Assembly (NCBI GenBank): GCA_041653055.1
Contig: JBAZGD010000004.1
Span: 1 to 60,685, forward strand
Reading direction: 5' to 3'
DNA: 60,685 nt
Source of the DNA: Candidatus Omnitrophota bacterium
GTDB lineage: Bacteria; Omnitrophota; Gorgyraeia; Gygaellales; Profunditerraquicolaceae
The notes under the pieces were generated by a model. The model was given only the letters and a program-made list of their open reading frames with translations. It was not told the DNA's origin and ran no database searches. The position numbers and the translations under genes are program-made. Of the stretch, positions 45,745 through 54,474 are shown one piece after another (position 1 is the first letter of the stretch; each line of letters starts with the position of its first letter).

Positions 45745-46780
45745 AATCGATAAAATAGATAAGGGGATTGTGCGGTTATTAAACGGCCGGACTAAAATTA
45801 TACTGGATATTGCAAAGATAAAAAACAAGGGGAGTAAGGATATTTATGTCCCTGAACGCGAGAGCGAGATATTAAGAAAGGTTTCCGGATTTTCCCGCGG
45901 CCCTATGGATAATGGGGCGCTTAAGGCGATATACCGGGAGATAATGTCCAGCAGCCTGCAGATGGAAAAGCCTTTAAGGATTGCCTATATGGGTCCGGAA
46001 GCCTCTTTCAGCAACTTAGCGGCAATAAAGAAATTCGGCTCACAGGTCGGATATGTCGCCTGCGCAAGTATTGCCGATGTATTCCTGGAAGTAGAAAGAG
46101 GCAAGGCGGATTATGGGGTTGTGCCGATAGAGAATTCCATTGAGGGCGCGGTTACCCACACCCTGGATATCCTGGTGGATTCGGATTTAAAGATATGTTC
46201 GCAGGTAATTCTGGATGTGGCGCACAACCTCTTAAGCAATTTTGTCCAGCCTAAAATTAAACGGGTTTATTCCAATCCTCAGGTATTTGGCCAGTGCCGC
46301 AGCTGGCTCTTGGAGAACCTGCCGCAGGCAGACCAGATTGAGGTTTCCAGTACGACACGGGCAGCGCAGATAGCCTCAAGGGAGAAGAATAGCGCTTGTA
46401 TAGCTTCTTTATTGGCAGCCCGGGTTTATAAGTTGAAAGTCCTTGCCAGCGATATTGAAGACTCGCCGCATAATATCACGCGTTTCTTTGTTATCGGCAA
46501 GAATGATGCCAGGGCGACCGGAAGCGATAAGACCTCGATACTTTTTTCTATAAAGGACAGGATAGGCGCTTTACATGAAATGCTTATACCGTTCAAGAAG
46601 AATAAGATTAACCTGACCAAGATTGAATCCCGGCCTTCAAAGAAAAAGGCGTGGGATTATTATTTCTTTGTGGATTTAAAAGGCCACAAGGATGAACCCG
46701 GGATACGCAAGGCCCTTGCAGAGCTTGATAATAAATGCAAGTTCTTAAAAGTCCTGGGTTCTTACCCTGTAGGAGAATAA
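45719..46780 (+). CDS. pheA: Chorismate mutase/prephenate dehydratase (P-protein)
   Basis: LRNKIDKID, PERE, GVVPIENSIEG, NITRF, LTKIESRP. Confidence 0.96.
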   Translation: MDLKTLRNKIDKIDKGIVRLLNGRTKIILDIAKIKNKGSKDIYVPERESEILRKVSGFSRGPMDNGALKAIYREIMSSSLQMEKPLRIAYMGPEASFSNLAAIKKFGSQVGYVACASIADVFLEVERGKADYGVVPIENSIEGAVTHTLDILVDSDLKICSQVILDVAHNLLSNFVQPKIKRVYSNPQVFGQCRSWLLENLPQADQIEVSSTTRAAQIASREKNSACIASLLAARVYKLKVLASDIEDSPHNITRFFVIGKNDARATGSDKTSILFSIKDRIGALHEMLIPFKKNKINLTKIESRPSKKKAWDYYFFVDLKGHKDEPGIRKALAELDNKCKFLKVLGSYPVGE

Positions 46781-46784
46781 GCAA

Positions 46785-47873
46785 ATGGTTTTACCGAGAA
46801 GACACCTGTTAAAAGTCGATCCCTATCAGGCCGGAAAGCCGATAGAAGAAATTAAGCGCCAGCTGAGGCTTAAAGAGGTTATTAAGCTTGCCTCTAATGA
46901 AAATCCTTTAGGCCCAAGCCCCAGGGCGCTTGAGGCAGTACGTAAGGCGCTTTCTTCTGTAAATCGTTACCCTGATTCAAATGCCTATTTTTTAAAAAGA
47001 AAACTGGCCAGGTTTTACGGACTGGAGCCTTCAAATATCGCCGTGGGCAACGGCTCTGATGAGTTGATTGATATAATTATCAGAGTATTTGTGGATGAGG
47101 GGGAGTGTATTATAACTTCTGAGGCTACTTTTCTTGAATATAAGATTATGTCTTCCGTAAACTGCCGGACGGCGATTGCCGTGCCCCTGAAGTATTTTAA
47201 ATTTGACCTGGATGCGATTAAAAAGCGGATTACCCAGAAAACAAAGGTTGTGTTTATCGCTAACCCCAATAATCCCACGGGCACCTATGTTACTAAATAT
47301 GAGCTGGAGGAATTCTTAAAGGGTATTCCCGAAGGGGTGCTTGTGGTGCTGGATGAGGCGTATGATGCTTTTATCGATGTCGATGATTTTCCTAAAAGTT
47401 CAAATTATATTAAAAAGAATAATTTTTTAGTCCTTAAAACCTGCTCCAAGTCTTACGGTTTAGCCGGCTTAAGGCTTGGGTATTGTTTGGGAAGCCCTGA
47501 GCTTATAGGCTATCTTGAGAGGGCAAGGCAGCCTTTTAATGTTAATTCCCTGGCGCAGGTAGCCGCTATAGCGGCCCTTGATGACAAAAAGTTCCTAGCC
47601 AGGACTAAGGCTTTAATAGCCGAAGGGAAAAGCTTCCTTTATAAGAATTTTGCGCAGATGGGGATTCCCTATGTTGCCTCAGTAGCTAATTTTATACTTA
47701 TTGATACGGGTAGGGATGGTTTTGCTTTATTTAAAGAAATGCTGAAATTCGGCGTGATCGTAAGGGATATGCGCCAATACGGGTTAAAGAATTTTATACG
47801 CGTTACCATCGGAACGAAAAAAGAAAATATCAGGTTTATCAAGGTTTTGAAGAAAGTAATCCGCTCACGTTAA
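46785..47873 (+). CDS. hisC: Histidinol-phosphate / aromatic aminotransferase
   Basis: KLASNENP, GNGSDE, NPNNPTG, DEAY, SKSYGLAGLRLG. Confidence 0.95.
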   Translation: MVLPRRHLLKVDPYQAGKPIEEIKRQLRLKEVIKLASNENPLGPSPRALEAVRKALSSVNRYPDSNAYFLKRKLARFYGLEPSNIAVGNGSDELIDIIIRVFVDEGECIITSEATFLEYKIMSSVNCRTAIAVPLKYFKFDLDAIKKRITQKTKVVFIANPNNPTGTYVTKYELEEFLKGIPEGVLVVLDEAYDAFIDVDDFPKSSNYIKKNNFLVLKTCSKSYGLAGLRLGYCLGSPELIGYLERARQPFNVNSLAQVAAIAALDDKKFLARTKALIAEGKSFLYKNFAQMGIPYVASVANFILIDTGRDGFALFKEMLKFGVIVRDMRQYGLKNFIRVTIGTKKENIRFIKVLKKVIRSR

Positions 47874-47903
47874 GTTTCATTTTAGTAATTAAGGAGGCTT
47901 AAG

Positions 47904-48920
47904 ATGATTATAGTATTAAGGCCTGAGGCGAGCCTGGAACAGGTAAATCATATTGTGGAAAAGGTGAAGAAGCTCGGGCTTGTCCCGCATGTATCAAAGG
48001 GTGCGGAGCGGACTATTATCGGCGTTATCGGCCCGGAAGATGTCTTAAGGGTTACTCCTCTGGAGGTTTTTCCCGGGGTAGAAAAGGTTATTCCTGTCCT
48101 TGCTCCGTATAAGCTTGTTTCCCGTGAGTTTAAGTCAGAGAGTTCAATCCTTGATTTGGGAAAAGGGGTTAAAATCGGCGGTAAAAAAATACCGATAATG
48201 GCAGGGCCTTGTGCGATTGAAAATGAAGCCGTGCTTCGCAATATTGCTGTTGAGGTAAAGAAGGCAGGAGCGACTATTCTGCGCGGAGGCGCATTCAAGC
48301 CCCGCACCTCTCCGTATAGTTTTCAGGGTTTAGGTGAGGCGGGTTTAAGGATCTTAAAAAGCGTTGGAGATGACCTTGGGTTAGTCACGGTAAGCGAGGT
48401 TATGGATACAAGAGACGTTGAGCTGGTGTCTAAATACGTGGATGTCATGCAAATCGGTGCGCGCAATATGCAGAATTTTAACCTTTTAAAAGAAGTCGGA
48501 ATGGCCAAGAAGCCGGTAGTTTTAAAGCGGGGGCTTTCCTCTACCGTTAAGGAAATGCTGATGTCCGCGGAATATATACTTTCGGGAGGGAATTTTAATG
48601 TTATTCTCTGCGAGCGCGGGATCAGGACATTTGAGGATTCTACGCGCAATACCCTGGATATCAGCGCTGTCCCGGTTACAAAACAGCTTTCGCATCTGCC
48701 GGTTATTGTGGACCCTTCGCACGCTGCCGGTAAATGGGGCCTGGTTGCCCCGCTGGCCAGGGCAGGGATCGCCGTGGGCTGCGACGGTTTAATTATTGAG
48801 GTGCATACCTCTCCGGAGGATGCGCTTTCTGACGGCGGACAATCGCTGTTGCCGTCTACTTTTTCCGAGCTTATGCAGGAGCTAAGGGCTATGGCTCGTG
48901 CAGTCGGGAGGGAGATTTAA
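47904..48920 (+). CDS. aroF: DAHP synthase, type I-beta with N-terminal regulatory domain
   Basis: AGPC, RGGAFKPRTSPYSFQG, CERGIR, DPSH, EVH. Confidence 0.95.
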   Translation: MIIVLRPEASLEQVNHIVEKVKKLGLVPHVSKGAERTIIGVIGPEDVLRVTPLEVFPGVEKVIPVLAPYKLVSREFKSESSILDLGKGVKIGGKKIPIMAGPCAIENEAVLRNIAVEVKKAGATILRGGAFKPRTSPYSFQGLGEAGLRILKSVGDDLGLVTVSEVMDTRDVELVSKYVDVMQIGARNMQNFNLLKEVGMAKKPVVLKRGLSSTVKEMLMSAEYILSGGNFNVILCERGIRTFEDSTRNTLDISAVPVTKQLSHLPVIVDPSHAAGKWGLVAPLARAGIAVGCDGLIIEVHTSPEDALSDGGQSLLPSTFSELMQELRAMARAVGREI

Positions 48921-49753
48921 TGCCTCTATTTAATAAGGTTGCTATTATCGGAGTAGGCTTAATCGGCGGATCGCTGGGGCTGGATATTAAGAAGAGAGGC
49001 CTTGCCCGTGAGGTTGTAGGGATTAGCCGGCACAAGAAAAGCATCCTTCTGGCCCTTAAAAAAAAGGCTATAGACAGGGGGTCGCTTTCCCTGAGCATTA
49101 TTAAAGGAGCTGACCTGGTTATACTTGCCACACCCGTGAAGGCCATTATAAACCTGCGGGAGTCAATTATTAAATATATAAGCAAGGGTTGTATTATAAC
49201 CGACGTAGGGAGTACTAAGGGTGCTATCGGTAATTCTTTAGAGGGGATATTTCCAAACTATGTAGGCTCGCATCCTCTGGCAGGATCAGAGAAACGGGGG
49301 ATTGCTAACGCCTCTTTGGGTATATTCGATGGTTCTTTGTGCGTGCTTACCTTAGGCAGGAATAAGGTTTCTTCTGCCTCTCTCAAGAAGATCAAGGCGA
49401 TGTGGAATAAATTAGGGGCTAAGACAATTATGTTGACCTCCAGGGAACATGATAAATATTTGGCCTTTTCAAGCCACCTTCCGCATATTAGCGCCTATTC
49501 GCTTATTGATAGTATCCCCCGAAAGGCTTTAAGGTTTAGCGCCGGAGGGTTAAAAGATACTACCCGTATCGCTGCTTCAGACCCTTTGCTGTGGAGTGAT
49601 ATTTTGCTAACTAACAGGGATAATTTATTGAAAGCGATAAATTCTTTTGAGCACAGTTTAAAGAAGATAAAGTCTGCGGTAAAAGCCAATGATGCAAGGT
49701 CATTAAGGAAGATCCTTTCGCAATCCAAAATAAAAAGAGACTCAATGGAATGA
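48920..49753 (+). CDS. tyrA: Prephenate/arogenate dehydrogenase
   Basis: GVGLIGGS, DVGSTK, HPLAGSE, HD...SHLPH, DTTRIA. Confidence 0.94.
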   Translation: MPLFNKVAIIGVGLIGGSLGLDIKKRGLAREVVGISRHKKSILLALKKKAIDRGSLSLSIIKGADLVILATPVKAIINLRESIIKYISKGCIITDVGSTKGAIGNSLEGIFPNYVGSHPLAGSEKRGIANASLGIFDGSLCVLTLGRNKVSSASLKKIKAMWNKLGAKTIMLTSREHDKYLAFSSHLPHISAYSLIDSIPRKALRFSAGGLKDTTRIAASDPLLWSDILLTNRDNLLKAINSFEHSLKKIKSAVKANDARSLRKILSQSKIKRDSME

Positions 49754-50406
49754 TTATCGCAATCGACGGGCCGGCAGGCGCAGGCAAAAGCACCGTTGCT
49801 AAATTAATCGCCAGGAGATTAGGCTATCTTTATATTGATACCGGCGCAATGTACAGGGCATTGACCCTTAAGGTGCTGGAGAAGGGTGTTGATATAAACG
49901 ATTCCCGGGCGATTGCCGCCCTTGCCTTAGAGAGTTCAATCGACCTTATAAATAAACCTGACGGGACCTTAACGGTTACTCTTGATGGAGTTGATGTGAG
50001 TTTAGCTATCCGTAAGCCGGATATAACAAAATCAGTTTCGGATGTGGCTAAGATTAAGGATGTCCGCGAGATTATGCTTAAGCTGCAGAGAAATCTTGGG
50101 TGCAGGGGGAATGTAGTCTTGGACGGGCGGGATATCGCTACGGTAGTGTTCCCGGGGGCAGAAAAGAAGTTTTATCTTGATGCCGATTTAAGTGAGCGGG
50201 CTAACCGGCGCCATAAAGAGTTGAACGGATTAGGCCAGGAGATAACTTTAAATGCGGTTGAGCTTGATTTATCTAACCGCGATAAGATCGACACCAGCCG
50301 TGAATTTGCCCCTTTGAAAAAAGCCGAGGACGCTATTTATATAGATACAACATTCCTCAGCATTAAGGAGGTAGTTGATAAGCTACTTGCATTTATAGAT
50401 GGATAA
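49750..50406 (+). CDS. cmk: Cytidylate kinase
   Basis: IDGPAGAGKST, DTGAMYR, DGRDI, RD-x-x-D-x-x-R-x-x-APL. Confidence 0.97.
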   Translation: MIIAIDGPAGAGKSTVAKLIARRLGYLYIDTGAMYRALTLKVLEKGVDINDSRAIAALALESSIDLINKPDGTLTVTLDGVDVSLAIRKPDITKSVSDVAKIKDVREIMLKLQRNLGCRGNVVLDGRDIATVVFPGAEKKFYLDADLSERANRRHKELNGLGQEITLNAVELDLSNRDKIDTSREFAPLKKAEDAIYIDTTFLSIKEVVDKLLAFIDG

Positions 50407-52195
50407 ATCCCTGATACGTAATTTTTCAATAATTGCCCATATAGACCACGGTAAATCTACCCTGGCTGATCGCATATTGGAGGTTACCAAAGCGGTAGAT
50501 AAGAGGCATAAAGGAAGCCAGCTTCTTGATGATATGGATTTAGAGCAGGAGCGCGGCATTACCATTAAGGCTTCCATGGTCAGGCTTTCTTATAAGAGCC
50601 GCGACGGAAGAGATTATATATTTAACCTGATTGATACGCCGGGGCATGTTGATTTTACTTATGAGGTCTCCAAATCCCTCGCTGCCTGTGAAGGCGCGGT
50701 TTTGGTAATTGATGCCGGACAGGGGATAGAGGCCCAGACTGTAGCCAATTATTACCTGGCGATGGAGAATAATTTAGAGATTATACCGGTGATCAACAAA
50801 ATTGATTTAACCTCCATAGACCTGCCTGGGGTAAAGAACCAGATTGTTAATATACTTGGTTTCAAAGAAGAAGAGATAATCCTGGCTTCGGCAAAAGAAG
50901 GCACGGGGGTAGAAGATATTTTAGAGCGGATAATACAGGTTATTCCGGCGCCAAGCGGAGAGATCGATAGCCCCTTAAAGGCGCTTGTTTTTGATTGCCG
51001 TTTTGATGCCTATAAAGGGGTAGTTGTCTTCGTAAGGGTAGTAGAGGGGGCCATATCTTCCAGTACCCAGCTTAAGATGATGCATTCGCAGGCGTTGTAT
51101 AAAATTGAAGAGCTGGGAATATTTAAGAATTTAAAATATACCAAGGTTGACTCTTTGTCCTGCGGTGAGGTTGGCTATTTTACGGCTAATATAAGGGAGC
51201 CCAGAGAGATAATTATCGGGGATACGATTACTGACCCCAAAAATCCTTGCACCGAAGTCTTTCCGGGTTACCGCCAGCCAAAACCGCTTGTCTTCTGCGG
51301 GATATACCCGGTTAATCCCGGAGATTTTACTGATCTGCGCGACGCCATGGATAAGCTAAGGCTTTCTGATGCTTCTTTTGTTTTCGAGCCCGAGAATTCT
51401 CAATCATTTGGCTCGGGATTCCGCTGCGGATTCCTGGGTTTATTGCATATGGAGATTGTTCAGGAGCGCTTGGAGAGGGAGTATGGATTAAACCTCATAC
51501 TTACTGTCCCAAATGTTGTCTACCGGGTCATAAAGAAAAATGGTGATGTCCTTGAGGTGGATGCCCCGGCTGAGCTTCCGCAGCCTTCAGATATTGAATG
51601 TTCTTATGAGCCTTTTGTAAGCCTTTTAATGATTATACCCGTAGAGACAATTGAACTGGTCTGCGATTTTACAAAATCAAGAAGAGGGGTATTCGGGTCT
51701 AATGAGTATTTGACTGAGGATAGGGTAAAGCTTACCTTTAACATCCCCTTATCCGAGATAATAGTGGATTTCTACGACCGTATTAAGTCGCTTACCCGCG
51801 GATACGGTTCTTTGGATTACGAGTTCAAGGATTACTTGCCTGCTAATCTGGTAAAATTGGATATTCTGATAAACGGGCAGCCTTGCGACGCTTTTTCTTC
51901 TTTGATGTGTAAAGAGAGGGCGTATTCCAGGGCGCATGCCTTAGTTAATAAACTGAAGGAGTTGATTCCCCGTCAGTTATTTGAGGTAGCGATACAGGCG
52001 GCAGTAGGAGGGCAGATTTTGGCATCCAGCAAGGTCCGCTCCGTAGGCAAGCATGTTACGGCCAAATGCTATGGAGGGGACATAACCCGTAAGCGTAAAC
52101 TCTGGGAAGAGCAGAAAAAAGGGAAAAAGAGGCTGAAACGGTTTGGCAAGGTGGAAATTCCACAGGAGGCATTCTTGGAGGTATTAAAAATATGA
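50399..52195 (+). CDS. lepA: Elongation factor 4 (LepA)
   Basis: IRNFSIIAHIDHGKST, ERGITIK, DTPGH, NKID, KCYGGD-x-TRK-x-KL. Confidence 0.99.
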   Translation: MDKSLIRNFSIIAHIDHGKSTLADRILEVTKAVDKRHKGSQLLDDMDLEQERGITIKASMVRLSYKSRDGRDYIFNLIDTPGHVDFTYEVSKSLAACEGAVLVIDAGQGIEAQTVANYYLAMENNLEIIPVINKIDLTSIDLPGVKNQIVNILGFKEEEIILASAKEGTGVEDILERIIQVIPAPSGEIDSPLKALVFDCRFDAYKGVVVFVRVVEGAISSSTQLKMMHSQALYKIEELGIFKNLKYTKVDSLSCGEVGYFTANIREPREIIIGDTITDPKNPCTEVFPGYRQPKPLVFCGIYPVNPGDFTDLRDAMDKLRLSDASFVFEPENSQSFGSGFRCGFLGLLHMEIVQERLEREYGLNLILTVPNVVYRVIKKNGDVLEVDAPAELPQPSDIECSYEPFVSLLMIIPVETIELVCDFTKSRRGVFGSNEYLTEDRVKLTFNIPLSEIIVDFYDRIKSLTRGYGSLDYEFKDYLPANLVKLDILINGQPCDAFSSLMCKERAYSRAHALVNKLKELIPRQLFEVAIQAAVGGQILASSKVRSVGKHVTAKCYGGDITRKRKLWEEQKKGKKRLKRFGKVEIPQEAFLEVLKI

Positions 52196-52773
52196 GTTCC
52201 AATAAAAAGAAATCGGTTTTCAGGGAGTGGCTTGAAGCAGCTTTAGTGGCGGCATTCTTCGCATTTTGTATCATCCGGCCCTTTGTGATACAGGCCTTTA
52301 AGATTCCCACGGGTTCTATGAGGCCCACTTTGTTGGAGGGTGATTTAATCCTGGTCAATAAATTCATTTACGGGGCCAAGGTACCTTTCACTAAGATGAG
52401 GCTTACGGGGTTTCGGGCTCCGGCCAGGGGGGATGTAATTGTTTTTATTTACCCCGAAGATACAAAGAAGGATTTTATAAAAAGGCTTGTGGGCCTCCCC
52501 AATGAAACAGTCGAAATCAAAAGCGGGACTATCTATATAAATGATAAGCCCCTTTTGGATCCCGCCTTTAATAAGCGCTATTATTATAACCGCGGCGTTT
52601 TTATGAGTGAGGGAGAGAAGATTACTGTCCCTGAGGATTCTTATTTTGTATTGGGGGATAATTCCGGTTCGTCTAAGGATAGCCGTTATTGGGGGTTTGT
52701 GCCCAAGGATAATGTTTTAGGGGTAGCAGTGGCTATTTATTGGCCGCCGCTTCGTATCCGGGCAATAAAATAA
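52192..52773 (+). CDS. lepB: Signal peptidase I
   Basis: IPTGSM-x-PTL, DFIKR, GDN-x-x-x-S-x-DSRYWG. Confidence 0.96.
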   Translation: MSSNKKKSVFREWLEAALVAAFFAFCIIRPFVIQAFKIPTGSMRPTLLEGDLILVNKFIYGAKVPFTKMRLTGFRAPARGDVIVFIYPEDTKKDFIKRLVGLPNETVEIKSGTIYINDKPLLDPAFNKRYYYNRGVFMSEGEKITVPEDSYFVLGDNSGSSKDSRYWGFVPKDNVLGVAVAIYWPPLRIRAIK

Positions 52774-52775
52774 TT

Positions 52776-53339
52776 ATGAATATCGCCAATAAGATTTCAA
52801 CTTTCAGGATATTGAGCGTCCCTTTTTTTATAGCCAGTATCGCTTATTATTCGCCGCAAAGAAATTTCCTGAGGTTTATAGCGCTGGCAATTTTTATATT
52901 AGCGGCTATTTCTGATGCCGCTGATGGATATTTTGCCAGGAAATCCAAACAGCAGTCTAAGGCCGGGCTGGTATTAGACCCGATGGGGGATAAGCTGCTT
53001 CTCATGAGCGCCTTTATCTGTTTAACTTTTAATCCGGCAGTTGCGATAAGGTTCCCTCTTTGGGTCACTTTGATTGTTATCAGCCGCGATGCGATTATAA
53101 TACTGGGTTCTATCGTAATATATATAGTAAGGCAGAATATAACGATGATCCCTGTTAAGACGGGTAAGTTTTCTACTATTTTTCAGATGTTAGCGGTTAT
53201 CGCTGTCCTTTTGCAGCTTGAGGTTTCTTTTATGTTCTGGTGGGCGGCAGTTATATTTACTGTTGCCTCAGGGGTAATTTATATCAACCGGGGGTTTAAG
53301 GTATTATATGCCGGCGATAATTCTCGCAGCAATTCTTAG
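52776..53339 (+). CDS. pgsA: CDP-alcohol phosphatidyltransferase (PgsA-like)
   Basis: AN-x-IS-x-x-R, D-x-x-DG-x-x-AR...G-x-x-LDP-x-x-DK. Start set at ATG 52776. Confidence 0.85.
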   Translation: MNIANKISTFRILSVPFFIASIAYYSPQRNFLRFIALAIFILAAISDAADGYFARKSKQQSKAGLVLDPMGDKLLLMSAFICLTFNPAVAIRFPLWVTLIVISRDAIIILGSIVIYIVRQNITMIPVKTGKFSTIFQMLAVIAVLLQLEVSFMFWWAAVIFTVASGVIYINRGFKVLYAGDNSRSNS

Positions 53340-53940
53340 TTACCTGATAGGCTCGATACCTACTGCTTATATCTTTGTCCGCTTGATAAAAAAAGCTGAT
53401 ATACGCAAGGTAGGCTCCGGTAATGTGGGTGCTACCAATGCCCTCAGGGTCCTGGGTAAGGGCTGGGGGATTACCGTTTTGATCTTGGATATATTAAAAG
53501 GGTTCTTGCCGGTAATCATCTTGGGTAGCCTGTTTGCTCCAGGTTTATCTTTAGCGCAGGAACGTAACTTATTTATTGCCATAGGATTAAGTGCCATCTG
53601 TGGGCATAACTGGACAATCTTCTTAAGCTTCAGGGGAGGCAAGGGTGTGGCTACTACCCTGGGTGTCCTTATCGGACTGGCCTTTAAAATTCCGGGGTTG
53701 AATATGGTTTTAGGTCTTACTGTGTTAGTCTGGGTTGTCAGTTTTGTTTTAATAAGGATAATCTCCGTCTCATCTATACTGGCCGCAGCAAGTTTTCCGG
53801 TTTTTACTCTCATTTATAGGCAGCCCAGGCTGGTGATTTTGGTTGGCATGCTGCTCTCCTTATTTGTTATTCTCCGTCACAAATCCAATATCAAGAGGCT
53901 CCTTAACGGCAAGGAGCACCGCCTGCACTTAAAGAAATGA
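53308..53940 (+). CDS. plsY: Glycerol-3-phosphate acyltransferase
   Basis: YLIGSIP, GSGNVGATN, D-x-LKG, GH-x-W, GGKGVAT, RH-x-x-NI-x-RL. Confidence 0.96.
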   Translation: MPAIILAAILSYLIGSIPTAYIFVRLIKKADIRKVGSGNVGATNALRVLGKGWGITVLILDILKGFLPVIILGSLFAPGLSLAQERNLFIAIGLSAICGHNWTIFLSFRGGKGVATTLGVLIGLAFKIPGLNMVLGLTVLVWVVSFVLIRIISVSSILAAASFPVFTLIYRQPRLVILVGMLLSLFVILRHKSNIKRLLNGKEHRLHLKK

Positions 53941-53990
53941 ACCTCGTTAGAAGCCTTAAGCAACCGCTTTCTTTTTAGGGCATTATCGCC

Positions 53991-54019
53991 TTGAATTGCC
54001 TTACCGCGCACTCTATACT
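53991..54019 (+). promoter_or_regulatory. Sigma70-type promoter for the small orphan gene
   Basis: TTGAAT-N17-TATACT. Argues against the ORF track's TTG start at 53991. Confidence 0.6.
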
Positions 54020-54074
54020 CTGTAATGAGAGGGAAATAAATATTTTTTGCCTTCTTTTTAACAGGAGACGAGCT

Positions 54075-54410
54075 ATGCGCGATTTATTATTTAAGAATTT
54101 AACCTCCAGCGACCATAAAAAGAGGATAATCTGCAGTTCAGAGGTTTCTGAAAAGCAGGGTGTCCACAGTGTTATCCGGCGTCATTTTATCTGTATGGTT
54201 AAGGAAATCAATAATCAGGATATGGGGATGGATAAGCCCCAGTCTTGCCTCTATGTGCTTAAGGAGAGGGATTCAAAAGAGCAAAAACAAAAATTCTTCT
54301 GCAAGGTGAAAGGGAGTATCTACGCCGTAAACGGGGATAAGCTCTTTTTAATTGTTTTTATGCATTCCTTAAGAATAGACCTGGTTTCAGCGCCTCAGAG
54401 TGTGAGCTAA
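54075..54410 (+). CDS. Hypothetical protein, 111 aa
   Basis: ATG preceded by SD AGGAG, own promoter, fills the gap between plsY and the next gene. No family recognised. Confidence 0.7.
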   Translation: MRDLLFKNLTSSDHKKRIICSSEVSEKQGVHSVIRRHFICMVKEINNQDMGMDKPQSCLYVLKERDSKEQKQKFFCKVKGSIYAVNGDKLFLIVFMHSLRIDLVSAPQSVS

Positions 54411-54436
54411 TTTTGGATAATTTCGCATTATTTTTA

Positions 54437-54464
54437 TTGACATAATTAGAGATTTAAGTATAAT
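54437..54464 (+). promoter_or_regulatory. Consensus sigma70 promoter, near-leaderless
   Basis: TTGACA-N16-TATAAT ending 10 bp before ATG 54475; no SD. Confidence 0.75.
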
Positions 54465-54474
54465 ATTTCTAATT

